A stretch of DNA of 64,000 bases from a virus, in IMG/VR virus record IMGVR_UViG_3300042013_000045, positions 108,838 through 172,837 of that record. One strand, written 5' to 3'. The position numbers and the translations under genes are program-made. Numbering within the stretch: position 1 is the first letter of the stretch; every line of letters begins with the position of its first letter. Shown here piece by piece: positions 34,677-44,618 of the stretch. The notes beneath the pieces are model-generated. The model had not been told where the DNA came from, did no database searches, and saw nothing but the letters and a program-made list of their open reading frames with translations.

Positions 34677-36452
34677 TCAGACGAACGAGATCGTCTTCAT
34701 TTCTTCGTCGGTCGGCCAAGTCAAGTACAAGTTACTGGAGTAGTACACTGCCGTGTCGTTGCTGTTCGCTTTACCAGCTGCCGTACCAGTGACCATGTTA
34801 AAGGTCTCACTGCCAATCTTGATGTTATTCGTCATTACTGGGGTGTCGGCTTGGCGAGGTTCATTCGATGGGGCATGGGCCAGTACAATCAACCCATTAC
34901 CTTGCGTGCAGATAGCCTTGATTCGCACCATGCGGTTCTGCTGACTGTTCCAGTAGACCTGCGGGTACAACTCACCGAAACTAAGCGACGTGTTGGAATA
35001 TAGGAAGTTCTTCGCAAAACCACGCATTAGACCGTTGACTGTCTCACGTCCACCGACTCGTACAGAGTAGTTCGGGATAGCAGCTTTATAGTTAACTGGC
35101 ATCTGAGGGAGGACGGTTGGCGCAACAATATTACCACTGTACATTGCACGCTTGGCAATACGGATATCCCACACGTAAGCTTGGAACGCTGTCGACCCAC
35201 TGTAGTAGTTCGACAGCCGGTTACCAGTAGTTGCCCACAACGCTGTTGCCAGTGCCAAGGTCAAGATCAATACACCGTTCAAGTACCCCTTCACAACACC
35301 ACCCTGACGTTCAACGACGAAGTGGTAGTCCTTCCCGACAGTCACGACACCCGCAGCAGAAGAGATATTGGTAGACCCGGTCGCAACTGCACTGACACCA
35401 AACCCTACGTTAATCGACCCATTCTGTTGAACTAGGAAGAGGTAACGGTTGTTAGTATTCGCCACCGCGCCGTTATGCCAATGGGATGGCAGGACCGCTC
35501 CAGTAGCTGGAATGGTAGCACCTTCGGGGATACGGAACTTAACCTCATACGTGAAGTCGCCTGCACCGAAATAATCGATGTCAGCACTGTACGTGTCAGC
35601 CACGTTGTTACGTCCGGTGATCGCACCGTACTCCAGAGCCGCCCATGAAGCGAACGTCATCGGTTTGCCGGTCACTTCATTGTGCGGATCATCCCGTCGG
35701 AAAGCAAACTGAGCCACGATATCGGCAGCAATAGCAGTGCTGTACTTAGGAGCGTAATCAGCCTTGATGAACCTGGCAGGCGGAGTGAACGGACCACCAA
35801 ATACAACTTCGTTGGAGATCGCCATGTCCCAGATAGCGCCCACACCGCCTCGCTGAACAGTAAACCGCTGAACAACACGGGAGCCGCCGATACTAATGGT
35901 GGACGAGACTTTCTCTACGCCATCGACATAGATAGTGACTTTATTTGTGGCGTCACGTTCAACAGCGATGTGAAAGTCTGTGTTCAGCGGGATTGCATTG
36001 GCTAGGGTCGAGACCGTGGCCACAGTATTACCGGTGTTATCGCTTATCTGGAACCGTACATTGAGGGTATCCAAGATCTGGAGAGCCCAACTGCATCTGC
36101 CGGCAGCAGCGTTCTCTGGCCACACCCCCATACGGAAGCCTTGAGTGACGTTACTTGGAGCAGAGGTGAACCGCCCTTTCATCTGTACGCAGAATGGTGT
36201 GTTCGGTGCGATGTAGTACGATTCTTGGTCTTGCAGCGGATCGACGAGTCGGTTAGCCTCGTTAAGCAACTTGGTGTTGCTGACTTGGTTCATGACGCTG
36301 GTGTTGTACATCGGTTGTACGGAGAACTTTTCAGTCACATCGTTGATGAGTTCATTGTCGTACATCGACCACAAGCGCATCACACCATTGACCTGCGTCG
36401 GATCAGGCGGAGGCGGGAGATACCGCGCTGCACCGAAGATTACGTTTTTCAT
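34677..36452 (-). CDS. Double LamG-domain virion protein
   Basis: Two repeats with FHIAVER...IYVDG / YHFVVERQGG..YLNG, plus C-terminal domain. Confidence 0.8.
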   Translation of the reverse strand: MKNVIFGAARYLPPPPDPTQVNGVMRLWSMYDNELINDVTEKFSVQPMYNTSVMNQVSNTKLLNEANRLVDPLQDQESYYIAPNTPFCVQMKGRFTSAPSNVTQGFRMGVWPENAAAGRCSWALQILDTLNVRFQISDNTGNTVATVSTLANAIPLNTDFHIAVERDATNKVTIYVDGVEKVSSTISIGGSRVVQRFTVQRGGVGAIWDMAISNEVVFGGPFTPPARFIKADYAPKYSTAIAADIVAQFAFRRDDPHNEVTGKPMTFASWAALEYGAITGRNNVADTYSADIDYFGAGDFTYEVKFRIPEGATIPATGAVLPSHWHNGAVANTNNRYLFLVQQNGSINVGFGVSAVATGSTNISSAAGVVTVGKDYHFVVERQGGVVKGYLNGVLILTLALATALWATTGNRLSNYYSGSTAFQAYVWDIRIAKRAMYSGNIVAPTVLPQMPVNYKAAIPNYSVRVGGRETVNGLMRGFAKNFLYSNTSLSFGELYPQVYWNSQQNRMVRIKAICTQGNGLIVLAHAPSNEPRQADTPVMTNNIKIGSETFNMVTGTAAGKANSNDTAVYYSSNLYLTWPTDEEMKTISFV

Positions 36453-36513
36453 AAGCCACCCTAATAAATAGTAAAGACTCTACCGCCTCGGTTAAAAGGC
36501 GGTAGAGTCGAGC

Positions 36514-36942
36514 TTACGGTTGCAGAGCAGCCAGCTCGGCGGTCAGGGCTTCGAACTCGGTGTTGAGGTCGATGAGCGTCTGAGTGGCGCCTTGCTCGCC
36601 CAAGCCGGCAGCGACTTGACGCAGTGGCTTGATGGACTCGGAATCGATCGCCATCAGACGGGCTTGAATTTCCCACACGCGAGCGTTCTCGGCGTACAGT
36701 TCTTCAGGAGTCTTGTCAACGATCTGCCACACGATAAACCACTGGCCTTCGATTTCCTCGTTACCACCATCGACCACTTTCTGGTGGGAAGGTACGGCTG
36801 GCTGCTCAGGAGCATTCAGCACTTTGTACGGGAAGTCGACCAGAGCAGCATCGGACAGCTTCTGTGGGAACGACACGTTCGGGTACAGCTGGCGCAGTTG
36901 ATAGTCTTCAACGCGTTGGAATGTATCGGTGTTAATAAGCAT
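36514..36942 (-). CDS. Tail-fibre assembly/chaperone-like protein
   Basis: LRQLYPNVSFP..LSDAAL, GQWFIVWQIVD, coiled-coil C-terminus. Confidence 0.65.
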   Translation of the reverse strand: MLINTDTFQRVEDYQLRQLYPNVSFPQKLSDAALVDFPYKVLNAPEQPAVPSHQKVVDGGNEEIEGQWFIVWQIVDKTPEELYAENARVWEIQARLMAIDSESIKPLRQVAAGLGEQGATQTLIDLNTEFEALTAELAALQP

Positions 36943-37069
36943 TGTTAAACCCTCAACAACAGAAATGAACAGAGACGACGAGGCCGGTGTAACGGGCGCG
37001 GTTTAGGCCCCCGTTGGAAATTCCTTTTAGTAGACACTTGTCTCTCGCTAAGAGGACAGGGCTATCGGA

Positions 37070-37576
37070 TTAAACCGAAGCCTTCATGTCTTTACCGATC
37101 AGGTAGCCATCCCAAGTAGCGCCGCCGTTCAAGGTGGAGAAACCGATGACGTCACGACCAGCGGTCGACAGTGCCGGAGCGATACCTTCAGCCCAGCGGA
37201 TGTTCGGCCACCAGGACATGGTGAAAGCACCGCCGTTGGTGATGTGCAGGATGAAGGTCGCTACACGAGGGGCGGTTGGTACGTTGGTAACGGTCAGGGC
37301 AGTGTTAGCCGTTACCGTCTTGCTGTAGTGGTTCGCTTTGCCGACGTCGATCTCGTTGGCTGGTAGAGCCAAGGCCGCTTCGGTCACAGCAACGGTGAAG
37401 TCACCGCCGACAGGAGCACCGAGTTCCAGGATCGCACGCTGAAGCTCGTCATCCATTTCTTCGATGAGGACTTCGGTTTGTTGCACGGCACGGGTGTTTG
37501 CATCTTCAACAGCAAGTTTGGTCTTGCCGGCGAAGTTGCCAATTGACGCTAGGAGCGCTTGAGCATCTACGGACAT
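37070..37576 (-). CDS. Short tail-fibre-like protein
   Basis: N-anchor helix; IDVGKANHYSKT...ITNGG...W.NIRWAEG.AP.LS..GRDV.GF...GGATW; start reset to MSVDAQ (GAGG RBS). Confidence 0.7.
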   Translation of the reverse strand: MSVDAQALLASIGNFAGKTKLAVEDANTRAVQQTEVLIEEMDDELQRAILELGAPVGGDFTVAVTEAALALPANEIDVGKANHYSKTVTANTALTVTNVPTAPRVATFILHITNGGAFTMSWWPNIRWAEGIAPALSTAGRDVIGFSTLNGGATWDGYLIGKDMKASV

Positions 37577-37732
37577 AATAGCCTCGGTCATCTGGTGAGT
37601 AAGCTCAGCAAAACACTGCGCTTCATAGGATAAACCTATATATCTTGCTCTGACTATTTTTAACTGTAGAGGCCAAAAAAGAAAGGAGGGGGCATACAGC
37701 CCCACGCCGAAACGTGGGGCTGTGTTGGGAGG

Positions 37733-38413
37733 TTATGGTTGAATGGTCAGGAAGCATGACCCGATAGAGTGGTCGTAACTGTCAGACCAGCGGTTGAGGG
37801 TTTTACGAGTACCTCCACTACCTACAGGGAAGACCTTGACGATCGTGTTACCTTGTTCGTCGATCGTTACGAAGTCGTACTCGCTGTTGATGGCATTGAG
37901 ACGGATGTTCATGGCTTCCAACTGAGTGTATACAGACCGTGGCGCTACACCAGCACGACCGATGGCCGTTGACCCCAGTACCGCTTCCATTAAGCCGTGT
38001 GCATCGCTCAGGGCGTTATGAGGTACCTTGGACAGATGCTTAACCCCTTTGAGTGGACGTACGAACTCCATGTTGATGAGGGTACGTGCTGCGGCTTCTT
38101 CGAACAGCTTGGCAAAGTGGTTAGCGTCGGTGTTGTTGTCCATTACCAAGGTGATACTATCGAACTGGCTGATGAACTTGTGCAGGGAGTCGATTGCTTC
38201 CTGACGTGTGATCTGCGGTTTACCGAGGACTGGGATGACATGGTGTCGTGGCCAGTAATCCAGTTCGACCCCTTCTGGTAGATGCATGGCTTCGTACCAT
38301 CGGTGACCTGTAGAACTTACCAGTGCTGCTGAGAGTAGCTTACCTCCACCACTGTTGAATTCTGTATCAGTATAAAACCGCACGTGCTGGAATGGTTTGG
38401 TTGGGAGGTTCAT
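37733..38413 (-). CDS. DEDDh 3'-5' exonuclease (Rv2179c/DUF5051-like)
   Basis: FYTDTEF, LLSAALVS, HVIPVL, PHNALSDA. Confidence 0.8.
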   Translation of the reverse strand: MNLPTKPFQHVRFYTDTEFNSGGGKLLSAALVSSTGHRWYEAMHLPEGVELDYWPRHHVIPVLGKPQITRQEAIDSLHKFISQFDSITLVMDNNTDANHFAKLFEEAAARTLINMEFVRPLKGVKHLSKVPHNALSDAHGLMEAVLGSTAIGRAGVAPRSVYTQLEAMNIRLNAINSEYDFVTIDEQGNTIVKVFPVGSGGTRKTLNRWSDSYDHSIGSCFLTIQP

Positions 38414-38524
38414 GGCTTGTTCTTGTTCCTAGTGGTTAGTCTAATCTATAATGTATTTTCTATTTGTTTTTCATTACCGTAATCAAGCTGGATTGTTATG
38501 TGAGTAACCCCTTAATAGGATTGA

Positions 38525-39172
38525 ATGATGCGGATCAATGTCAGCAGTGTGTGGAAGAAGGTGACGACCTTAGCAGTTAAAGTAGCGGGTCAGTGGACAC
38601 CGGTCACTACTGGCTGGGTGAAAGTTGCTGGTGTATGGAAGAAGATGTACCCGCTCAACCCTGCGTTGTTCTTGAACGGGGTTGGTGGACTGATAGCCGG
38701 TAACTGCTTCCATTACGAAACCATCAGCCGATTGCAGTTCGTAGTAGCCACGGGCGATCAGCTAGTGTATGACATGTATCTCGGGGCTAATACGGTCTCT
38801 GGCGGGTTGGATGCAGCGTACGAAGATGGCACGGGCACCAAGTACTTGCGAAGCGCTGCGTTGGTTGATCAGAACAACAAAGGCGTTCATCCTGGAGGAT
38901 CGATTGCCGAAGCACAAGGTAAGTGGTATACCCGTGTCTTCAACCTTGATATTCTGGCAGGGGCAACTGTCACCTTATGGGCCATGGTACATGAAGACGA
39001 TGCCGGAGGCTGGCATGAGCTTTATATACGGAATGCCCGTATCCTCAGAGCTGATGGGTCGTTGAAGATGGAGATCTTTATCAACACCTTGAACGTTCCT
39101 GAGATGGCTACCTTCCAAGGAACCTCTAACGGGTACGGCCAGGTAAGCAAGTCGATACAACCAGGTCCATAA
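38525..39172 (+). CDS. Putative tail-tip adhesin with carbohydrate-binding-like domain
   Basis: KVAGQW/KVAGVWK N-repeats; C-domain homologous to an insert in 41075..43636; TATG upstream. Confidence 0.7.
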   Translation: MMRINVSSVWKKVTTLAVKVAGQWTPVTTGWVKVAGVWKKMYPLNPALFLNGVGGLIAGNCFHYETISRLQFVVATGDQLVYDMYLGANTVSGGLDAAYEDGTGTKYLRSAALVDQNNKGVHPGGSIAEAQGKWYTRVFNLDILAGATVTLWAMVHEDDAGGWHELYIRNARILRADGSLKMEIFINTLNVPEMATFQGTSNGYGQVSKSIQPGP

Positions 39173-39228
39173 ACAAAGAAAAAGAAAGGTAGTGATCAGT
39201 GGCTAACGCCACTGATCACTCTTTCATA

Positions 39229-39435
39229 TTACGCTGCGAAGGAGAATACATAGTTCTTCTCCGCGTGGTCAGCGGTGTCATACAGGTCAACGTGGATGCC
39301 TTTGTCAGATACAGCTACAGCCAGAACAACGCGCATGCGCAGTTTAGCAGCGATGATCTTAGCGGAACCAGCGTCGATGCCAGCTTTGATCAGTTCAGCG
39401 AAGTTGTCGTTGAAGCGGATATGGATCAGTTTCAT
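39229..39435 (-). CDS. Small monocistronic early protein ending NYVFSFAA
   Basis: GGAGG RBS; own early promoter (39465-39510); hairpin terminator 39190-39219. Confidence 0.75.
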   Translation of the reverse strand: MKLIHIRFNDNFAELIKAGIDAGSAKIIAAKLRMRVVLAVAVSDKGIHVDLYDTADHAEKNYVFSFAA

Positions 39436-39464
39436 TGCAGTGCCCTCCAAGGGCTAGGTAAGAT

Positions 39465-39515
39465 AGAAAGATTAGTCTCTCTATTCACCTTTACAATGTA
39501 TTGCCATAACTTTTT
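39465..39515 (-). promoter_or_regulatory. Early promoter + conserved leader (copy of 399-434)
   Basis: 23-bp identity plus TACATTGT. Confidence 0.65.
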
Positions 39516-39568
39516 CGAATCGAATAACAGCCCCTCTAGGAGAACCGGAGTTCTCCTAGAGGGATCTA

Positions 39569-40192
39569 TTACGTTTCTTCTGGTTGTCCGCCAGTAGGTT
39601 CTTCTGGCAGAACGAAAGTGAAGGACCACGTCACAGCCTTCACAGTTTCAACGTTACCCAGTGCTTTGGCCATCAACAGGTCTTTCTCAGCCGCATGGCG
39701 TACTGCTGTGAGATAAGAGATAGCCGGACTGTAGATGGTATCGTTAGCCAACACCCGATCAATCAGATCGACCAAACCATCACCTACCCCTTTAGCCGTA
39801 CGAGCGTCACTGAGGTTACTCAGGAACGGTGTCGCCGGTGCGGTGCCTGTACTACCAGCCACACGCCACTCGTCGTACAGTTTCGCCTCAGCGATCTGCA
39901 CAGGCCATGTGGTGATTTCGCCAGCTGGATAATTACCACGCAGTTTGGTGACTGCCTGTTCATAATCGAGGTTCAACGTGTAGATAGCGTTGGACACCAG
40001 CTGTTCAATTGGAAGTTCAGGTGCAGGAGGCGCTGGTATGGTGATCGGCAATCCATCCTGATCCGCAGACAGTACACGACCAGTAGCGAGTTCAGCCATG
40101 ATCTGGTTGTGTACACTGTCCGTGACTGCCACGTTATCAGCCCATTGATCAGGCCGATTGATAAAAGCGAGTTCGATAGCAGAGAAGTACAT
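39569..40192 (-). CDS. Tail-fibre assembly chaperone-like protein
   Basis: MYFSA...GRVLSADQDGLP; YP..EI.TW..Q..EA; TPFL..L..AR. Confidence 0.75.
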   Translation of the reverse strand: MYFSAIELAFINRPDQWADNVAVTDSVHNQIMAELATGRVLSADQDGLPITIPAPPAPELPIEQLVSNAIYTLNLDYEQAVTKLRGNYPAGEITTWPVQIAEAKLYDEWRVAGSTGTAPATPFLSNLSDARTAKGVGDGLVDLIDRVLANDTIYSPAISYLTAVRHAAEKDLLMAKALGNVETVKAVTWSFTFVLPEEPTGGQPEET

Positions 40193-40204
40193 AGCGAATG
40201 TCCT

Positions 40205-41056
40205 TTAGGAATACTGCAACCAGATGTCGCCGTCTTGACCGCCGCTAGGAGCTGCTGTAGAGACGGTGATGGTGTTTGCGATCTCGCGCTTGAGTGTCCA
40301 TGCGCTCCACGTAGTCGTGTTACTAATGCCGGACGATTGCAACGTACGTCCGTTGATCAGCAGTTCACGTTGGACCTTAGGGCTGCTGCCAGAGTTCGAA
40401 CCATTGGCTTCAGCCCACACTGTCAAGACACCGACATCAGTGGTGGTGATAGCCCACAATGGGTCGAGCGTGGCGATGTTCGAGACGATCAATTCGCCAG
40501 TAATTCCAGTGTCGTCCGTGGCGCGCACATACACCTGAGCCGTGACCTTAAACACGCTCCCGTATGCGCCGGTGATTGCTGACGGAGTGTCAGTCAAGAT
40601 CGGGTTAGGGGCGATGTTAAACTGATATGCCTGCTGGACCGTCGACGTGAGTGCTGCGACCCCGACCCACGTCGACCACGTGGTAGCATCGATGGCATAC
40701 TGGGTAAACATCAGTCCGCTAGCGCCACTGAACTCGCGCCGGATAGCGTTGAACGGTGTGGTGCCAACAGCCCCCGAAGCTTCAGCGAAGATCTTCAACA
40801 CACCCGTCTTGTTACCAGTTGCAACTGGACCGGTCAACCCCAGCTCGGTTGCACGAGCACGTCCGACAATCAGACCTTTGCCGTACAGTGCACCCGGCAG
40901 GGCTTGAGCCAGTGTCAATCCGGCACCGGTGGTCATGTCCAACGAAGTCAACAGTCCACGGCCGTCAATGTCAACTTTGTCCAGTTTGAGTGCCAGTTTT
41001 GTTTTGATCTTCCCACCCAACAGGGCGATGGAATTCATCAGATCAGTGAAGTTCAT
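40205..41056 (-). CDS. Tail fibre protein
   Basis: Two pyocin-knob-like repeats ending TWS.W; C-terminal TVSTAAPSGGQDGDIWLQY. Confidence 0.8.
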   Translation of the reverse strand: MNFTDLMNSIALLGGKIKTKLALKLDKVDIDGRGLLTSLDMTTGAGLTLAQALPGALYGKGLIVGRARATELGLTGPVATGNKTGVLKIFAEASGAVGTTPFNAIRREFSGASGLMFTQYAIDATTWSTWVGVAALTSTVQQAYQFNIAPNPILTDTPSAITGAYGSVFKVTAQVYVRATDDTGITGELIVSNIATLDPLWAITTTDVGVLTVWAEANGSNSGSSPKVQRELLINGRTLQSSGISNTTTWSAWTLKREIANTITVSTAAPSGGQDGDIWLQYS

Positions 41057-41074
41057 TTGTTCGACCTCTAGTCT

Positions 41075-43636
41075 TTACGAAGCGGCGTATTCTTGAGTTT
41101 TCCAGACACCCGGTTCCGGACGCAGTACCACTGCACCTGTGACCACGTTGACCATTGCGAACGTCCAATAGGACGGTGTGTTAGCCGGTACGTTGGTGTT
41201 GGAGACCTTGAGGGCGTAAAAACGACTCTCAGTAAGGGTGATGTTGTTCTGACCTTGACCTCCCTGCGTGATCACTTTGCCGCCGTCGATATAGAAATCG
41301 AAGAGGTCATCCGCCTGACTGTAGACACGATACGTGCCAGCTGGTAGGTAGACGTTAGCGTAGTAATCTAGCTTGAAGTTCCCAGGTACCGACTCAGTCC
41401 CGTAAACAGGGGAGTAAGCTAGGTAACCGAAATCAATGATGTCACCTGTGACTGGGTTCAAGGGTTGCCAGAATGCGAACGATCCACTAGCAGCCCATGG
41501 GCGTGCGGAGAGGTTGTAGACCTTAGTGGCTGCGTTAGGCAGTACCAAAGAGGCTACGCCTTCGTTGTTGAAGTAGTCGCCCATCAGCTTCAGGTTGATT
41601 GGCATCGACTGTACGTGTTTGATACCGAGGTGTGGTGCAGTAGACCCAATGTCCTCAACCATCTTCTTGACACGCTTGACGTCAGTCAACGTAGGGAACG
41701 AAGCACGCAACGTCCGCATGATCTCAGACAGATCGCGTTTACCCTTGATGGCTGGCTGGAAGCGTTTGATGGTAATCGCACTGGTCATGACAACTGGTGT
41801 GGTCAGTCCTACGCTAAACTGGTCATTGTTCTGAACCTTCACAGGTCCAGAGCCAGCACCATCCCACGTCTGTACAGTGCCACCTGCTTGGGTATACGTG
41901 AAGGTCCCGACGCGCGTACCGTTCTTATAAACGAGCCCCGCGGCGTTTGCAGCCAGCGTACCCGAGATCGCGGTTTGGATAAGAGACTGGTTCTTCACTC
42001 CTACGTCCAGCACTTGGCCGTTGTCCTTGGTTTGAGTTCCATCGGAGAACGTAACCTTAAACGAAACGACGTTGTACTCGATCTTGTAGGGAATGACCTC
42101 TCCGGTGTTCAGCACAGCTGCCACACGGATGATAGTCTTACCTAACGGGATGTTAAAGGGTTGAACTTGGCCGGGGAGGATCGAGGTGAATGACGCCAGT
42201 TGCACACGGCTTTCAGAACCACCTGCGTCGATGGATTCGTCGTTCGTCATACCTGCGTATAACGGATGATCCCCGTAAGTAGAACGCAAGAATCCAACGT
42301 TGACTGGAGTCCGGTCATAGTTCCCGCTGAAATACGCACCAAACTGAGTGATGAGTTTGTTCGCGGTCCAGAAGAACGCAGCACCGAGGCTAGTGGTGTT
42401 GGCTTGACTGATATTGCTGAGGACAGGGCCATGGTCGGTGATAACGATCAGTCCGTTGCCAGCTTCACGAAACGCCACCAAGTTAGCTACGCATGCATCT
42501 GTCATGTATGACGCTGTACCGCCGGCGGACGACATCAACAACACGCACGCATACTGAGTGAGTTCAGCTGCCGAACAATCAAGTGATCCGCCTGGATAGT
42601 CACCAACGTCCCTGAATGTTGGTGAGAACCCAGCAGCTGCACAGAGCCTGGTGAGGCTGGTGAAGAACCCGTACAGACTGGTTCCTTTAATGGGGTAACT
42701 CGCCGTAGAGATAGAATCCCCCAAGATGAGGATCTTCCGACTTCCAGCAGTTACCTTTTTCGGGTTTGCTGTCCACAGGATCGCGTTGTACAGGTACTTG
42801 TAAGAACCAGTAAGTTGACTACGCGGGTCGTAAAGGGTTTTGACCAAGTTGGTGTAGCCAGAAGCACCAGCCTCAGTAGACGAGCTGTTGGGCAAGTCAA
42901 TGACGTCTTTAAATAACGTGGCTTTAATATTGCCATTGCGATCCAGGACGTAGATATCACGGAATCGAGTGGCAAAATCTCCAGCAACATCACCCTCATA
43001 CGCCATCGACCATTTGATGAAGGTCTGCCCGGCACACGGCGTCAAGTCAAACTCACGGTGATACCACTGGTTGACAGCCCGACCAGCCAAGTCTTGAGCA
43101 GGGTGAATACGGATACCGTTCTGATCGTTAATCAGAGGCAGTCCAGGAGCGCCCCAGTCACGAAGCGAGTACTGACCTGGGAACTGAGCAGGATCATTTG
43201 CGGTCACGGCATCCAGACCGACCTTAGCAGCATTGCTGTTCTGGAACATGTCAAAGACCAACTTGTCACCGGTAGCAACGGTCACGTTCTTGTTGGTAAA
43301 GGCATTGTAGTAGTAGAGGTTCTCAGTACCCACTTGACCAAGGCAAGTCGCTTTGAACTCCATGGTGATCGAAGCATTGATACCGGCGACTGGAGCTACG
43401 GCGTTATAGAACTTAGGGAAGCCGCCATCGTACACCACGTTACCCGTGCCGTCTTGTGTCACAGCGATGAACGGGTTAGGTGGAACGAGTTGGTCGTACG
43501 CCACGTATTTGGAAATGGACGGAGGTGCTCCGTTGACGCTGAACTGCAAGCTCTGGACGTTGCCACTCAGGATCATGTGAGTAGTGAACGCCGAGAGGTA
43601 GTAGCCCTCAGCGACATCAAACGAAATATCAGCCAT
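41075..43636 (-). CDS. Large multidomain virion protein (inserted CBM-like domain, GATase-like region, C-terminal PA14-like domain)
   Basis: 853 aa; YDGGFPKFYN, ITDHG; C-terminal GTYRVYSQADD.FDFYIDG. Confidence 0.7.
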   Translation of the reverse strand: MADISFDVAEGYYLSAFTTHMILSGNVQSLQFSVNGAPPSISKYVAYDQLVPPNPFIAVTQDGTGNVVYDGGFPKFYNAVAPVAGINASITMEFKATCLGQVGTENLYYYNAFTNKNVTVATGDKLVFDMFQNSNAAKVGLDAVTANDPAQFPGQYSLRDWGAPGLPLINDQNGIRIHPAQDLAGRAVNQWYHREFDLTPCAGQTFIKWSMAYEGDVAGDFATRFRDIYVLDRNGNIKATLFKDVIDLPNSSSTEAGASGYTNLVKTLYDPRSQLTGSYKYLYNAILWTANPKKVTAGSRKILILGDSISTASYPIKGTSLYGFFTSLTRLCAAAGFSPTFRDVGDYPGGSLDCSAAELTQYACVLLMSSAGGTASYMTDACVANLVAFREAGNGLIVITDHGPVLSNISQANTTSLGAAFFWTANKLITQFGAYFSGNYDRTPVNVGFLRSTYGDHPLYAGMTNDESIDAGGSESRVQLASFTSILPGQVQPFNIPLGKTIIRVAAVLNTGEVIPYKIEYNVVSFKVTFSDGTQTKDNGQVLDVGVKNQSLIQTAISGTLAANAAGLVYKNGTRVGTFTYTQAGGTVQTWDGAGSGPVKVQNNDQFSVGLTTPVVMTSAITIKRFQPAIKGKRDLSEIMRTLRASFPTLTDVKRVKKMVEDIGSTAPHLGIKHVQSMPINLKLMGDYFNNEGVASLVLPNAATKVYNLSARPWAASGSFAFWQPLNPVTGDIIDFGYLAYSPVYGTESVPGNFKLDYYANVYLPAGTYRVYSQADDLFDFYIDGGKVITQGGQGQNNITLTESRFYALKVSNTNVPANTPSYWTFAMVNVVTGAVVLRPEPGVWKTQEYAAS

Positions 43637-43638
43637 GA

Positions 43639-44247
43639 TTAAGCCGCCAGTGGTTGGATGATCACTTTGATGTAGATGTCGATCGGACCGCCAGACTGGT
43701 TGGCTACGATGACGTAACGGTTGTCTTTCAAACCGTAGGAAACAAATGCTTCAGCGTTAGCGTAAGCATTATAAAGAGGCGAGGCTGGGTTCGTGTCTTT
43801 CACACGGATACCGATCTCAGCAGTCTTGATGTCGTAGCTGGTGAAGTTTGCACCCATCAAGGTCTGCAAGTCGTATTGCCGTACTGCATCGACAGCGATC
43901 GTGACGGTTTCATTGACCGGCATGATGGTCTGTGGCTTGATCTGGATCAGTGCCACACTGATGATACGCCCTTTGGCATCGACCGTGATCTCTGGAATAG
44001 ACGTCGCTGAACCGTAGGTACCGGCAGCGGTGACGTTCTTTAAAGCCATTACGCCTCCGACGTTTGCTGAACCGTCAAAGTTCAACTGCCACGTCGCATC
44101 CCCAGTCATGGAGATGGTGCGCGAGGTAGTCAATTTAGCAGCAGCCACTGCCGGAGCGGTAGCGTCAAGCTTTGTATTAATACGGGCAAGAATGCGGGCA
44201 GAAAACGTACGGAGCGTCGCCAACATTTCAGGTAGATTGTTTAACAT
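43639..44247 (-). CDS. Tail-fibre-associated protein
   Basis: AAAKLTTSRTISMTGDA...FDGSANV and AGTYG...ITVDAKGRI fibre motifs. Confidence 0.75.
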   Translation of the reverse strand: MLNNLPEMLATLRTFSARILARINTKLDATAPAVAAAKLTTSRTISMTGDATWQLNFDGSANVGGVMALKNVTAAGTYGSATSIPEITVDAKGRIISVALIQIKPQTIMPVNETVTIAVDAVRQYDLQTLMGANFTSYDIKTAEIGIRVKDTNPASPLYNAYANAEAFVSYGLKDNRYVIVANQSGGPIDIYIKVIIQPLAA

Positions 44248-44324
44248 GGTGTCGAGCCTCGTAGCCTAGTAAGGGTTGCCTATACGATTAGCCCAGATCA
44301 CGTCACAAGCAAAAAAGAAACAAG

Positions 44325-44367
44325 CGGCATAGAGCCCCTCAGCCTTAGTGGCTGAGGGGCTCTATGG
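44325..44367 (-). terminator. Hairpin terminator + TATGCCG
   Basis: catagagcccctcagcc-ttagt-ggctgaggggctctatg. Confidence 0.8.
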
Positions 44368-44369
44368 GA

Positions 44370-44618
44370 TCACTTGATACCAAACATCTGTTTAATCGCA
44401 GCCCACCAGCCTTTGCCGGGGAGACTTGCAATCATTTCTTTCTCGTAGCAGTTATCACACTTACCCGTGGCATGTGGATTACGTTTACGTGGTGGGAAGT
44501 TACGGATGTGTTCCTGGATGTTTTCACACAAGGTGAACTGATCGTGACGTTTGCTGATACCGCAAAACGCGCACATGAAATCAAACACCTTATCCCTTTT
44601 CTTCGACTTCTTTGGCAT
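44370..44618 (-). CDS. Small Cys-rich protein
   Basis: MPKKSK start with AAGGA RBS; CxxC...C...CxxC. Confidence 0.6.
   Translation of the reverse strand: MPKKSKKRDKVFDFMCAFCGISKRHDQFTLCENIQEHIRNFPPRKRNPHATGKCDNCYEKEMIASLPGKGWWAAIKQMFGIK

Noticed and set aside
36945-37068. Structured intergenic leader between tail genes
   Set aside because: Only two modest hairpins; not distinguishable from background by eye
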